From IMG/VR virus record IMGVR_UViG_3300008262_003210: a stretch of 64,000 bases of DNA. One strand, written 5' to 3'. Shown here in pieces: positions 30,701-37,668 of the stretch. Origin of the DNA: a virus. Lineage: Duplodnaviria > Caudoviricetes. A program made the translations under genes and the position numbers. Under the pieces are notes generated by a model. That model did not search any database, was not told where the DNA came from, and worked only from the letters and a program-made list of their open reading frames with translations. Each line of letters begins with the position of its first letter. Within the stretch, counting starts at the first letter, position 1.

Positions 30701-33681
30701 ATAACTTGTTGTGGAGTTATTAATGTTGTATCTAAATAAATTTTTGGTTCGTACTTTGGCCACAGACCCAACTTGGTTGGTGTAGGAGGCACAAAGCAAC
30801 CGTTGGTGTTTTCAAATTCGTAAATTGTTATTATGTCATTATTGACTATGGGTGCTGATATAACTACGAACCCCTGATCATCAAATGTATAATCTTTACC
30901 GTGTAATAATTGATCGGTGTTGTTTAGATAAACTAAAACTGCTTTATTTGAAAGTTCGTCTAAATTAAATACCGAACTTAATGGGTAAGTTTTGATTCTA
31001 TAATCAAATACTTTTAAATCGGTTCTAATATTTCCCGCATACGGAACCATATCACTAAAATAATAAGGAAACGACGTTGGTTTATCTTTATTAATTTCTT
31101 GTAAAATTGCGTTAACTTGTATAGCCGGGTCCGCTTCTATCCCTAAATTTTCAGCTACCTTGATAAAATTTCTTTTAAATTTATTATAATCATATTGAGC
31201 ATTTTCTATTGCTCTGATAATATTATTATTTTGAGATGTTAAGTGATATAAGGCCAATCCGATTGGACCGCTGTGCTGAACAAATTTAGTGCCAAATTGT
31301 GTGATATTACCTAAGTCTCTGATATTACTTGAGCCTGGAAAAATTCCTGTAAATTGATTTTGAATATTATCAATAATTGAATTTACGTGGGACGATATTT
31401 CGCCTAATGTGAAATCAGTTACATCGTCATTAAGAGGGTTGTTTTGCAATCCAATAGGAATTTCATAAAACCCGTTAGAATTTATATGCTGTTTAGCATA
31501 GGCTTTAATTGTTAAAATATCTGATTTATTGATACTGTTTTCTAAAATAATTTTTTTATAAGGAAACGTATCTTGAATACTCCAGTGTGGCTTTTCTAAT
31601 CTGATACCATTGACTAAAACAATAACTTCTAAGTCATTCAAATTAGTTGGGTCATCAAAAATATCTATCTCAAAGTTGTTTGTTATATTTGAATTTTTAT
31701 AAATTCTGATAGCCGCTTGAACATTTGTACTTGAAGATGTTTGCCAGCCGTTAACATATTTGATTTCGTTATTTGGCAAGGTTTTTAGTAGATAACCAAC
31801 GCTAGTTGATTTGTTAACTATAAAGGATATATCTTTATATTGAAATGTATCTGATATAATATTAAAATTAAAAACTATATCACCAATATTATCAATATTT
31901 TTATAAGTTAGCGGAAACCCTAAGACAGAATCATTGACGCTGGATCCTAGTTTATACGAAAATATTTTAGTTCCGTTAAAAGTAGAACCATCATATACAT
32001 CCTTATTGCCAAACGTTACTCCGTTCTGGTCAAATATATCAAACAACGGAGGTTGATTAACGTTATTCTTTTGTTGAGCAACCAGCCATTGAGATCCGTC
32101 AAACCAATACCACGATCCTTGATTAAACACTCCTTCTTTAATCAACACACTATCAAATACAGTTGGCGTTGATTCTTCTGTAAGATGTATTTGTCTAACA
32201 CCATCTAATATTAGAAAGTCAACTTTAAAAATTTTATTTTTTACTCTTATATCGGTATCAGCTGCAAACAAAATTCTCTGACCTTGTGCTACATCAATAC
32301 CATCAATATTATAACCTAATTGACCTTCAATTTTTGAAAAAACATCAGTTGTATAAGTATCAATTAAATCAACATCGCTTACTGATTTAATACCAAAATT
32401 AAACAGTTTCAAATTTGGTTCAAATTCAATAATGGGTCGAACTGCTCGATAAGTTTGATCTATATCTGCAATTTTTCCATTATATCTAGCACTGGCTTCG
32501 ATTGTATCTTTGTGGAACCAACGGTTATATCTGCTCCAGGGATTACTGTCCTTACTACTTCTATTAATAACAATATAATCTTTTTTTCCTGCGTAAGTAG
32601 TAGCATCACCAAAAGGCAAGTTATCAAACGGGTCTGCATCAAATAATACAGACTCCCTTGTTGTATAATTTCCTATAATTTCTAAAGAAGACTCTGCAAT
32701 TAATTCTATAGATTCTCCAACACCCTCAACATAATAATTTCCAACTTTATAATGCTCTGGAATAATATTTCCAACAAAGGATAATTTCATGCCGTTGCTT
32801 AATGAAGTTCCGTCAGGCAATGTGTAAGTTTTTTTACCTAATAAATCTGTTTCAAGGTTAAATGTTGTATTTTCATCTATTGATAAAATTTGAAAAACAC
32901 CACCTAAGTTTACATCTGCTTCACTTACATAATAAATTATGTCTGGCGAATTCATTGGAACGAAAAACTCAATCACACCTACTTCAACAGCATTACCTGT
33001 AATTTCTGGTATGTCATATCTGTATGTTTCGCCATCAATTCTTTTAGTTTTAATACTAAAAGGATTACCAGGACTATTAATTTCAAAACGATATGTCTGA
33101 CCTCTATACAACTGAATACTTGGATTTTGTATTAAACCGTTTGGATAAAATACATAAGTGTTATTATCAGCTTCAGCTTTAATTTCAACTTTGTAAGTGC
33201 TAACAATGCTTTCTTGTGCGCCAACAATTTTGATAGGATCAGGGCCATACGGTAGCCAGAAATATTGCTGAAAATTTACAAATTTATCCCAATTGATATG
33301 AGGATCCCAGCTGTAAAATTCTTGTTGATTTACCCTAGAATGATTTTTAACATTGCCGCCAAAAACATTTATTTGATTAATATAATCTTGGTAGTCTTTA
33401 AAAAATGTTGTATTTTCTAATTCATCTTTGATAATTAATCCTGGCTCAAGCTGATAATTTTGACGAACAGAATCTGCGGCTTGAACAAAAATGTCTTCGC
33501 CTGTTGTTGATTTACTATTTTGTCTTCCTACATAACCATTAACTTTTTTTACAGTACCTGGTTGTATTAATTGGTCAACTGTGGCTTGCAGAAACTTTTT
33601 ATTTGAATCTGTTCTATAATATCTTGGAAGTAGTTCTGAACTAGATACTTTTCCGCCTGTAGGATTAATTTTATCCGCCAT
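18769..33681 (-). CDS. giant (4970 aa) baseplate wedge protein, gp7-like, multidomain
   Basis: Directly follows gp6; G(S/R/E)GY repeats, FG-GAP-like propeller blades, five CBM5/12-like repeats. Confidence 0.6.
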   Translation of the reverse strand: MADKINPTGGKVSSSELLPRYYRTDSNKKFLQATVDQLIQPGTVKKVNGYVGRQNSKSTTGEDIFVQAADSVRQNYQLEPGLIIKDELENTTFFKDYQDYINQINVFGGNVKNHSRVNQQEFYSWDPHINWDKFVNFQQYFWLPYGPDPIKIVGAQESIVSTYKVEIKAEADNNTYVFYPNGLIQNPSIQLYRGQTYRFEINSPGNPFSIKTKRIDGETYRYDIPEITGNAVEVGVIEFFVPMNSPDIIYYVSEADVNLGGVFQILSIDENTTFNLETDLLGKKTYTLPDGTSLSNGMKLSFVGNIIPEHYKVGNYYVEGVGESIELIAESSLEIIGNYTTRESVLFDADPFDNLPFGDATTYAGKKDYIVINRSSKDSNPWSRYNRWFHKDTIEASARYNGKIADIDQTYRAVRPIIEFEPNLKLFNFGIKSVSDVDLIDTYTTDVFSKIEGQLGYNIDGIDVAQGQRILFAADTDIRVKNKIFKVDFLILDGVRQIHLTEESTPTVFDSVLIKEGVFNQGSWYWFDGSQWLVAQQKNNVNQPPLFDIFDQNGVTFGNKDVYDGSTFNGTKIFSYKLGSSVNDSVLGFPLTYKNIDNIGDIVFNFNIISDTFQYKDISFIVNKSTSVGYLLKTLPNNEIKYVNGWQTSSSTNVQAAIRIYKNSNITNNFEIDIFDDPTNLNDLEVIVLVNGIRLEKPHWSIQDTFPYKKIILENSINKSDILTIKAYAKQHINSNGFYEIPIGLQNNPLNDDVTDFTLGEISSHVNSIIDNIQNQFTGIFPGSSNIRDLGNITQFGTKFVQHSGPIGLALYHLTSQNNNIIRAIENAQYDYNKFKRNFIKVAENLGIEADPAIQVNAILQEINKDKPTSFPYYFSDMVPYAGNIRTDLKVFDYRIKTYPLSSVFNLDELSNKAVLVYLNNTDQLLHGKDYTFDDQGFVVISAPIVNNDIITIYEFENTNGCFVPPTPTKLGLWPKYEPKIYLDTTLITPQQVIQGHDGSIVLAYGDYRDAIILELEKRIYNNIKIKYDPEIFDAGDFLPVYNRDGAYSLKEFDEVLSTNFYSWANLIDRDFTKPLSYNNQDPRTYNYREMATPDGRTPLPGYWKGIYRWMLETDRPNLCPWEMLGFSEEPAWWQQVYGPAPYTSDNLILWDDLADGIVREPGTPPRQIKKYVRTYLKGNIPVNQQGQLLSPVESGLASGIVTNSTAGDFVFGDVSPVENAWRRSSHYPFGILITLILTQPAKSFGLLLDRSRVVRNLAGQIVYSETKKRIRPKDILLPSIFSSSTNVKTSGIINYLVDYIQSDKLKSYDQYFYDLQNIQVRLAHRIGGFTSKEKFKLLLDSKTPLTSGSVFVPAEDYEIILNTSSPVKKIIYSGVIITKLEDGFSLKGYSKTQPFFKYYNWIKTGIEINIGGVSENYVTWTPEQQYSAGKIVAYSNRFYRVKTRHTTETIFNPIYYTLLPSLPIVGGRNAYIRQAWDRTEEIVLPYGTKLRTIQDVVDFLLGYGEYLKDQGFIFDNFNNELKAIANWETSAKEFMFWTTQNWSTGEDKWSEWQENQPVMLGQIVRYNGDYYRAINNIDPFNIFDYNEYVKLDGLSSIGSSVISLSPAAIALSFSSPQTVVDDIRNQFNKYEIFKVDGSPIQPQFLNNYREENTVSYTPVEDGIYGATFYLVQKEQIIVLKNNTLFNDTIYNPTSGYRQERIKVSGYLSSNWNGDFNVPGFIFDQAVIQDWQPWQNYALGDIVKYKQFYYTAKSSMPGNEEFISTKWMKLDSKPTAQLLPNWSYKANQFQDFYNLDSDNFDADQQAMAQHLIGYQKRQYLSNIIKDDVSEFKFYQGMIVEKGTQNVLNKLFDVLSAEGQESITFYEEWALRTGQYGASSSFENIEFIIDEQLVKNNPQGFELVNQVNTTYSDFIIRQTPNDVYLKPIGYNNSPWPLVENKKNYLRTPGYVRSSDVKTVLKTLEDITTEDVKSFEDGNYVWVGFENREWNVYRYSRYENSIVDITYSIGKVTVTLEKLVNFDIGDYLGIDQTSDYNGFYKILEIIGKTVVLSATKDEQPRPFKDQAKATLSYFRSNRVSSIDNIDNSIKIPILENELMWTDDIGNDKWGVWKHNNVYSQNEIVNSSPQQGLLYGRQVLLNSSGNISIVTTNQGESIVLDKTGINSPWLQRQTITAPFITKESLFGLSNSPDSYTGDILALSSDSRWLALGTPFATEVCSNYKGVWDSTTSYLQNSIVVRNSKHFVASSTNTNKDPLVNVRTYNNVSGTTLIGAGVGATFNIVVTNSNYSVTVVNPGTAFAVGNTIRIFGNVLGGDAPMNNLIIKVVSVVAGAASGPIATVSVTGTAKDFWEEISYIPVDSTGINSTLSKQGVISLYEKDSNNIFSLVATILSPLPTQNELFGSSLVFGNNTLFVGTNGYNNNQGIVYRLSYKTITEVSTTYNPIGSSGTTIVLTSTVGIRLGMYLKGTGFLSNQYVSSIDQNTKSIIISALPDSEPSGTIEFTTTSWRYDTENYILAPTSSNSNFGSVLSISQDSSTLVVSAPKTLPAGKVFVYKTQDNSEYSLIKTITGQDENFGSSISVSGYGEYVAISSIYQDNDEIDQGAVTIYKYANNDYTLYQTLVSKTPEVAELFGSKISFMNDYESLIVFSQGADSFIRTKFDNGETTFDNNLTKIFDTIENNGRVDVFDRYATKWVYSESFENLQTDVAGYSSGFAVGSNQVIVGIPNAVDQGLQSGKVYEYRKPSGHLSWQLLYNENDKVNLSQIKRAFLYNRKTNKMISYLDVIDPSQGKIPGIADAEIRFKTFYDPATYSSGTAEVNVDEGMAWTKMHVGALWWDLRTAKFIDSNDTDLIYRNSTWNTIFPFASIDIYEWVESRLTPDQWNELADTEEGITVGISGTSLYDNNVYSVIKKYDTISKTFRNTYYFWVKGKKTIPSIPNRKLSAGDVASLIENPRGADYKYIALTGANSFSLVNVQPLLQDKDVVLSIEYWTSENTGKNVHSQWKIINNETSTVIPSAVEQKWFDSLSGKDTQGRLVPDPLLPEKLKYGIENRPRQGMFINRFEALKQFIEQVNNELFKNLIVENRDISKLNSYEKEPSTLTGLYDTTLDSDAELRFANIGTFEKPKFSAIIENGKIIGIDIIARGRGYTVAPYFIINGTGIGAKVKSKINNKGQISGYEIISSGEGYTSATTVTLRNYSVLVHSDSEASGAWSIYSYEPTTLTWSRVQSQSYDVRRYWNYVDWYLLGYNEFTSIDHTVNTFTDLLSLECSIGQTVKIKTTSIGTWILLEKYANSESVDWTQNYKIIGKEKGTIQFYSTLYKFENTLYGFDGSLYDSAIFDNSASTELTIILNSLKNEILIDNLKDVYLNLFFNSVRYIFSEQTYVDWIFKTSFIKARHNVGELKEKVTYNSDNLENFEDFINEVKPYRTKVREYVSSYNKLDTSKIVTTDFDLPSTYENGSIVSIATSVTNGVVQSDNNTVLSYPWRHWYDNLGFSVTSLVIVDGGSGYRSEPTVSIISNTGSGATARVFFTNGKINRVVLLTKGSGYLSAPTVVISGGLADGGTPAKVVAILGNGLIRSNLIKLKFDRLSQNYVMSKLQETEVISGNSLVNGSRIQFVLKWAPDITNTFIQNVQSGKATVLINNIEILKDNYTLSVLKSTSKGFTSYSGSLTFKNAPAQGSVVTVNYTKDLQLLNAADRIQFYYDPAAGELGKDLAQLMTGVDYGGVSVHGLNFDIGSGWDSVPYYTDKWASFDETYDDYVVSVAAGTHSFTLPYVPEQGSELNVYYAGKNTDSYTGDGFSTIYNFNINDIYPPTVKVAVTTVISDSPTNVAGSDIITVDDTVGIKQGDVLTISPDVDKTLGFETTVVEVVDSITVKLNQILFKPITAGTSAIFTRTLVDPTDCTINPNGTVFLVEPIPIGANISITAYTSPVRLDDPNYTITGVAENQLNSLQLEYNVLTSEFYVLENSKATIESNLENANDALADKQAELNALYVVLDGLTPADPLYAPTVSDITNLIGTTIPAIQLTIQTEQTNLNDINADIAQNQIDKNEKLDEIADQVDYINTLTPLANNTAIMQTIISDGVPDNQLDPTYKTFTIPGTFPVFEGDQFIWRKAGSDGSVLPQEQDYDTALSGGNLAYSSATGIAADDIIVDGDGFVTPTSSPATEEVVPGQIVDTVAIKVYDRPESGSANIKVDSYIADGITTDFEITQQPNTRTAVIVKFTTGVRDQISGILSSSSTVKNLNIDYTVDYQNRLIKFLTPPPAGEMVSIFSFGFNGSNILDLDYFIGDGVTKEFITKAPWVNEDVTYLVYINGTEPIPGTPSLFRTDSSYESSNRMGLIFASAPEVGDLINFVIVKGPQQTYSVTKTERFPGNGTTTYNLQNVVGDSLPAEANMLVRVNNKFLQGPNNSYFAITGNRVNYSIDSTKYLPYTLSINDIFVYAGGNLLVSGIDYVVDLSGINIKITQNVRKTYLNQELIISVKQTQDYEYVPPSGIQPPQIIFNQTYDSTDLIEVLSSYRHNILDIQRTEVNVTSNLELISDTPEFYNYKAVSGGVIQLDRHVIDENYVWVIKNGILLTPSADFRLNEDKKSIKLAFYPDPADIFTIITYGSKVLTSGISYMQFKDMLNRVHYKRLNANKRSTLVKNLKYTDSTIEVEDASNFDRPSIPNNKPGIIEIRGERIEFFTLTEKTEGLTTTYVLGQLRRGTLGTGVAYVHRAGSYVQDLGPSETIPYTESTIIEQVKSDGTNIVPLSFAPMDPQYGLILPELREYDEDFVSTIPELYFIQPNDIEVFVGGYSSVPWVSGAEYVVDDIVEVGSYTYRCVEAHTSTLDFFTDKQYWVFFVGNIRLKKKPYHVHNINEAPYSPEGDIQLDAEFAVDGVSNNIWLTHKLEFGTRVTVVKRTGTAWDSTTNILEDDSKIARFLKAVPGIWYANIGKYENKAGIPSSFDSDNGTFDSESITFDQE

Positions 33682-36600
33682 TGTTTGCTCCGTATGAAGA
33701 ACTTGATATAGTCTGTTGAGAAGTTGTGTTTGATGTTGATGTGGTTCCAGCTACAGATTTAATCGATGAACTAGTTATTCCGTAGATAATTTCAACATCA
33801 TCAACTGTTGCGCCGTTAACAAATAGCTCGTCACCAGAAGATTTTATTTCAAACAAACTTCCAAATCCAAGTCCGCTAAGTCTTGGAACTATAACAAAAC
33901 TTGAAATATCTGGAGATAACTGAGTCATTACATAAGCAGATAGTTCTGTGAAATAAAACGTATCACCAAAGTCCCAATTTTCTAAAGCAAAAAATTCTTC
34001 TATTGCTGATACAATTCTTGTTTTAATATCATTATCAGACACTACTCTGTTAGAATTTTTGATAACTTTAAAACTTGCCTGTACATCTGGACTTGCTGAT
34101 TGTCCAAATAAAACTTTATAATTTGCTGGATGATATACTATCTCGTCGCTGATTGTTTTGATAAGGTTTAAGTTTGAAGAAATTAAATCATATAACTCAT
34201 TTGAACTCGGTGGCAGTGGTCGAGTATCTATTGCACCACTTAGCCATTGTCTAAATCTTATGTCAAAACTTTTTGTTAGTAAGTAAACATCTATAATATT
34301 ACTTGCGCCTGGATCAATCCTGCTGTCGTAATCTGCATTATGAATATATTGAAATTTTAAATTATCTCTGCCAAGATAAACTTTATAATCTAAAGTAGGA
34401 ACATACGGATCTGGTAATTTATCGTTGTACTTGAAAAGAGCATTAATATCAATAAAATAAAAATACTGCCCTGTTTTTCGTTCGTTTACAGATACAAAAT
34501 TTTTACTAGCTTTTATAAGAACAAGTTGATTAGAATTGTCAATATATCGATAGTCTTCTTGACCTTGACTTATTGAATATTTTTCTTGAACAATATATTT
34601 TTTCTGTAGTATTAACGAATCAGTTTCTCCGATAACTGGAGGTTCTACGATATTTAAAAATAACTCAGGATCGTCTACAACGCCATTGTCATCTGAATCT
34701 GCAAAAGAAACAATTAACTTTTTAGTATCAACATACCCATCAATGCCAATGTATTCTTTTTCTATATCCCATGCTTGATCGTATGTAAAAGCCGATGTGC
34801 TATCAGGTTTAGTATTAACACTTAAAATGTTAATCAAATCTTTTACTACTGCATTTGTCTTACTATCATATATCTTATTGCTAGATTCAAAATAGAATCT
34901 AGTTTGAGTATCGCTTTCAAAAATATATCGTTGGCAGCGTGATATAACAGTATAGAATTCATTATCCGTTGTGAACAATAGTAACCAACTAGCATCTTGT
35001 CTTAAGTTAGTTTGGTCGCCTTGTTTACCCAAGCTAAACACATTCTTTGTATCTAAGTTTAATTCAAATACAATTTTCCATTGTTGGGTCACAGCATCAT
35101 ATCTTAAACCAAATGGTTTATTTGAATAAATTAAATCTATCATAGTGCTGATTGTATCAGAATCAATCACTGTTCTCCATTTTGGAATAATCAACGATAA
35201 TTGTGGATTTACACCTGAGCCGGTTGTCAAAGAAGGAATAGTTCTATTCAGTGTCACAGGCCCAAATCCAGTGGACAATACACCGGTACCGTCTCCTGTG
35301 CCGTCATTAACTACATTTACTACTTCTGCCCATAATTCTGTTGTGCCGCCTTTTACAGTCGATGCTCCGTAGACTAATTTATTATTGTTTAATGTATCAA
35401 AATACCAACCAGCAGGAGCAGTAAATTTTATCAAGGCGCCTGCTTTAATATATTTTAAATCGGTTGAAGTAAAACTACCTACTTTGTAAATTGCATTTCC
35501 TGCGCCGGCGCTAAAATATCCTGTAGATAACCCTGTGTCACTTGTAACATTGGTCCAAATAGTGTCTAGGCCTTCTACGTAATTTAAAAATTTTTCATAG
35601 TAAAAGTTTCTTAAATCAACATTTTTTAAAATATCATTTATACTGTTATAGATAATACCTTCAATGTCTGTCTTATTAGTATAAGAAAATCTAAACGAAT
35701 TTTGAAATTCTTCTTTATAAATTACTCCGTCATCAGAAAATAGAGTTGTCGAACTGTATTTTCCTGTTGGGTCTGAAAGATCAAAATATCTACTAATGCC
35801 GCTACTGGTTCTGTTAATTGCTTTTATTTTAGCTATTTGAGTACTAGCAGATAACGGACTAATGTTGTAGTCTTCTCCAGTAATCATACGATTTTGTGTA
35901 TAGTATGTTTGAGGAGCGTTTGCTTTAATATCGTCGCTGGTTTCAGGAATTGCAGCATTAGACACGCTGCTGGCCAAATTCATTGATATTGTTAAATTTT
36001 CTTGCTGACCTGCATTAGAAATATACGGAAAAGAGATGCTTACATTTCTAATGTCTTGTGTATTAATTGTATAACTCAATGCGTTGCTTACACGATAATA
36101 GGTTCTAAAAGTTCCTAGAGGTAAGTCGCCAAATGTGCCATCACTAAATTGCAAACTAATTGCATCGTTAGTTCTAGTTATAACTGAAAAAATTGTTCTT
36201 ATATTTTTATTAATACTATTATAGATAATGTTGTTAGCTTCAAAATTTGAAACACTAGTCCAGAGTGCAGATTCTTTACCTTCAGTATCTAGTTGATACA
36301 ACCATACATCATCATTATTAATATTTTGACTGTCAATATCAACCGATTGATTGTTGCTTGGTTGAGTAATTGTAAAACTTCCTGTATTAAGTGTTCCTTG
36401 TACAAACCTCAAGAAAAAACCAGACCCTGGACTGCCTGTTCCGCGGCCGTCATCTTTGTAAATGCAACTTAGTTTATTTCCTAGTTTAGGAGTTTCTTCG
36501 TAGATGTAAGAACGCCCTTTAAATGTTGTACTAACAACTTCAAAATCCATGTTCCTGCCAGCTACTATTTTACTAAAACCAAATACTGGTAGCCCTGTTG

Positions 36601-37177
36601 TGTTATTTTGAAAAATATATTGATCAACTGGTGTTCCGTAGATGATATCACTGGCAGCTGGATTTCCAAACTGTTGTGTCTTAGGAAATGCAGCATTTAT
36701 AACTTTAATAAATTGGTCATACCAGTTAGCATTACTGGCATCATTCCAGTTAATTATTTGTCCTGATAAATTTCGTCCTGTGCTATCTGAAACGTTTTCA
36801 GTTGTTGAAACACTTGAAAACTTTAACAATCCGCTGGCAGCGACATTACGTTTAGCGTTATAAGATAATAGTCTAGCTAGACGCAATACGCTTTCACGAC
36901 GTTCTGCTAACTCTAAAAAATTGTCACGAGCATTTAAGTCAACACGGAAAGCTATGCTTTGGCCTAAGAACGCAATAAGGTCAATTAGGGCAAGGTATTC
37001 GCTAGACTCAATGTAATCATTATAATCTTCAGGATAATTTTGACGAATGTAATCAATCATTGTCCTGCGAAGATTTTCAAAATCGTAACTTTGGAAGTCG
37101 GCGTTTTTGAAGGATTGGTATATTTTTTTCCAATCTTCTGATATTAAAAGTTTATTTTGTCTAGCAGTAACCGTCAT
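33671..37177 (-). CDS. gp6: baseplate wedge subunit, extended
   Basis: N-terminal FQSYDFENLRRTMIDYIRQNYPEDYNDYIESSE; FSDGTFG; ET.DDIKANAP..YYTQNRMITGEDY. Confidence 0.85.
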   Translation of the reverse strand: MTVTARQNKLLISEDWKKIYQSFKNADFQSYDFENLRRTMIDYIRQNYPEDYNDYIESSEYLALIDLIAFLGQSIAFRVDLNARDNFLELAERRESVLRLARLLSYNAKRNVAASGLLKFSSVSTTENVSDSTGRNLSGQIINWNDASNANWYDQFIKVINAAFPKTQQFGNPAASDIIYGTPVDQYIFQNNTTGLPVFGFSKIVAGRNMDFEVVSTTFKGRSYIYEETPKLGNKLSCIYKDDGRGTGSPGSGFFLRFVQGTLNTGSFTITQPSNNQSVDIDSQNINNDDVWLYQLDTEGKESALWTSVSNFEANNIIYNSINKNIRTIFSVITRTNDAISLQFSDGTFGDLPLGTFRTYYRVSNALSYTINTQDIRNVSISFPYISNAGQQENLTISMNLASSVSNAAIPETSDDIKANAPQTYYTQNRMITGEDYNISPLSASTQIAKIKAINRTSSGISRYFDLSDPTGKYSSTTLFSDDGVIYKEEFQNSFRFSYTNKTDIEGIIYNSINDILKNVDLRNFYYEKFLNYVEGLDTIWTNVTSDTGLSTGYFSAGAGNAIYKVGSFTSTDLKYIKAGALIKFTAPAGWYFDTLNNNKLVYGASTVKGGTTELWAEVVNVVNDGTGDGTGVLSTGFGPVTLNRTIPSLTTGSGVNPQLSLIIPKWRTVIDSDTISTMIDLIYSNKPFGLRYDAVTQQWKIVFELNLDTKNVFSLGKQGDQTNLRQDASWLLLFTTDNEFYTVISRCQRYIFESDTQTRFYFESSNKIYDSKTNAVVKDLINILSVNTKPDSTSAFTYDQAWDIEKEYIGIDGYVDTKKLIVSFADSDDNGVVDDPELFLNIVEPPVIGETDSLILQKKYIVQEKYSISQGQEDYRYIDNSNQLVLIKASKNFVSVNERKTGQYFYFIDINALFKYNDKLPDPYVPTLDYKVYLGRDNLKFQYIHNADYDSRIDPGASNIIDVYLLTKSFDIRFRQWLSGAIDTRPLPPSSNELYDLISSNLNLIKTISDEIVYHPANYKVLFGQSASPDVQASFKVIKNSNRVVSDNDIKTRIVSAIEEFFALENWDFGDTFYFTELSAYVMTQLSPDISSFVIVPRLSGLGFGSLFEIKSSGDELFVNGATVDDVEIIYGITSSSIKSVAGTTSTSNTTSQQTISSSSYGANNGG

Positions 37178-37195
37178 GATTTATCCTAATAACAG

Positions 37196-37202
37196 TATTT
37201 AT
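37196..37202 (-). promoter_or_regulatory. late promoter core
   Basis: ATAAATA on the minus strand, 18 nt upstream of gp6. Confidence 0.6.
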
Positions 37203-37224
37203 CGATAAAAATAATATGCGTACT

Positions 37225-37668
37225 TTATCCTAACAATAGTCCGTTGGCTTGATCAAATCTCAATTGCATTGACTGACTAATATTGTAGGGCAGATAAGTT
37301 AATACACATTCTAATTGTATACCTGTTTCATATTGTCTAACAGACACTTCGCTTGCACTTATTCTAGGATCATAGTTTATAATTGTGTTTACATTTTCAA
37401 CTATTAAATCTTTAAGCTGGTCTGTCAACGGTTCAAATAACAAATCCCAAATAATAGTTCCAAATGCAGGGTTCATTAATCGTTCGCCCTGTCTAGTATG
37501 AAAATGATTTAACAAATCCTGTTGGATTAGCTGAAAATCATATAAAGCAAAATTTTCAGTTTCTTGACTAACTGTACTGAAACCTTTGTAAGTTTTAGGG
37601 GCTATAAGGTCGTTTCGTTGATTTGGTGATAAAACAATTTTATTGTATAATTTTGAGTTTTCGCTCAT
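37225..37668 (-). CDS. gp25: baseplate wedge subunit
   Basis: YKGFST...LIQQDLLNHFHTRQGERLMNPAFGTIIWDLLFEP. Confidence 0.9.
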   Translation of the reverse strand: MSENSKLYNKIVLSPNQRNDLIAPKTYKGFSTVSQETENFALYDFQLIQQDLLNHFHTRQGERLMNPAFGTIIWDLLFEPLTDQLKDLIVENVNTIINYDPRISASEVSVRQYETGIQLECVLTYLPYNISQSMQLRFDQANGLLLG

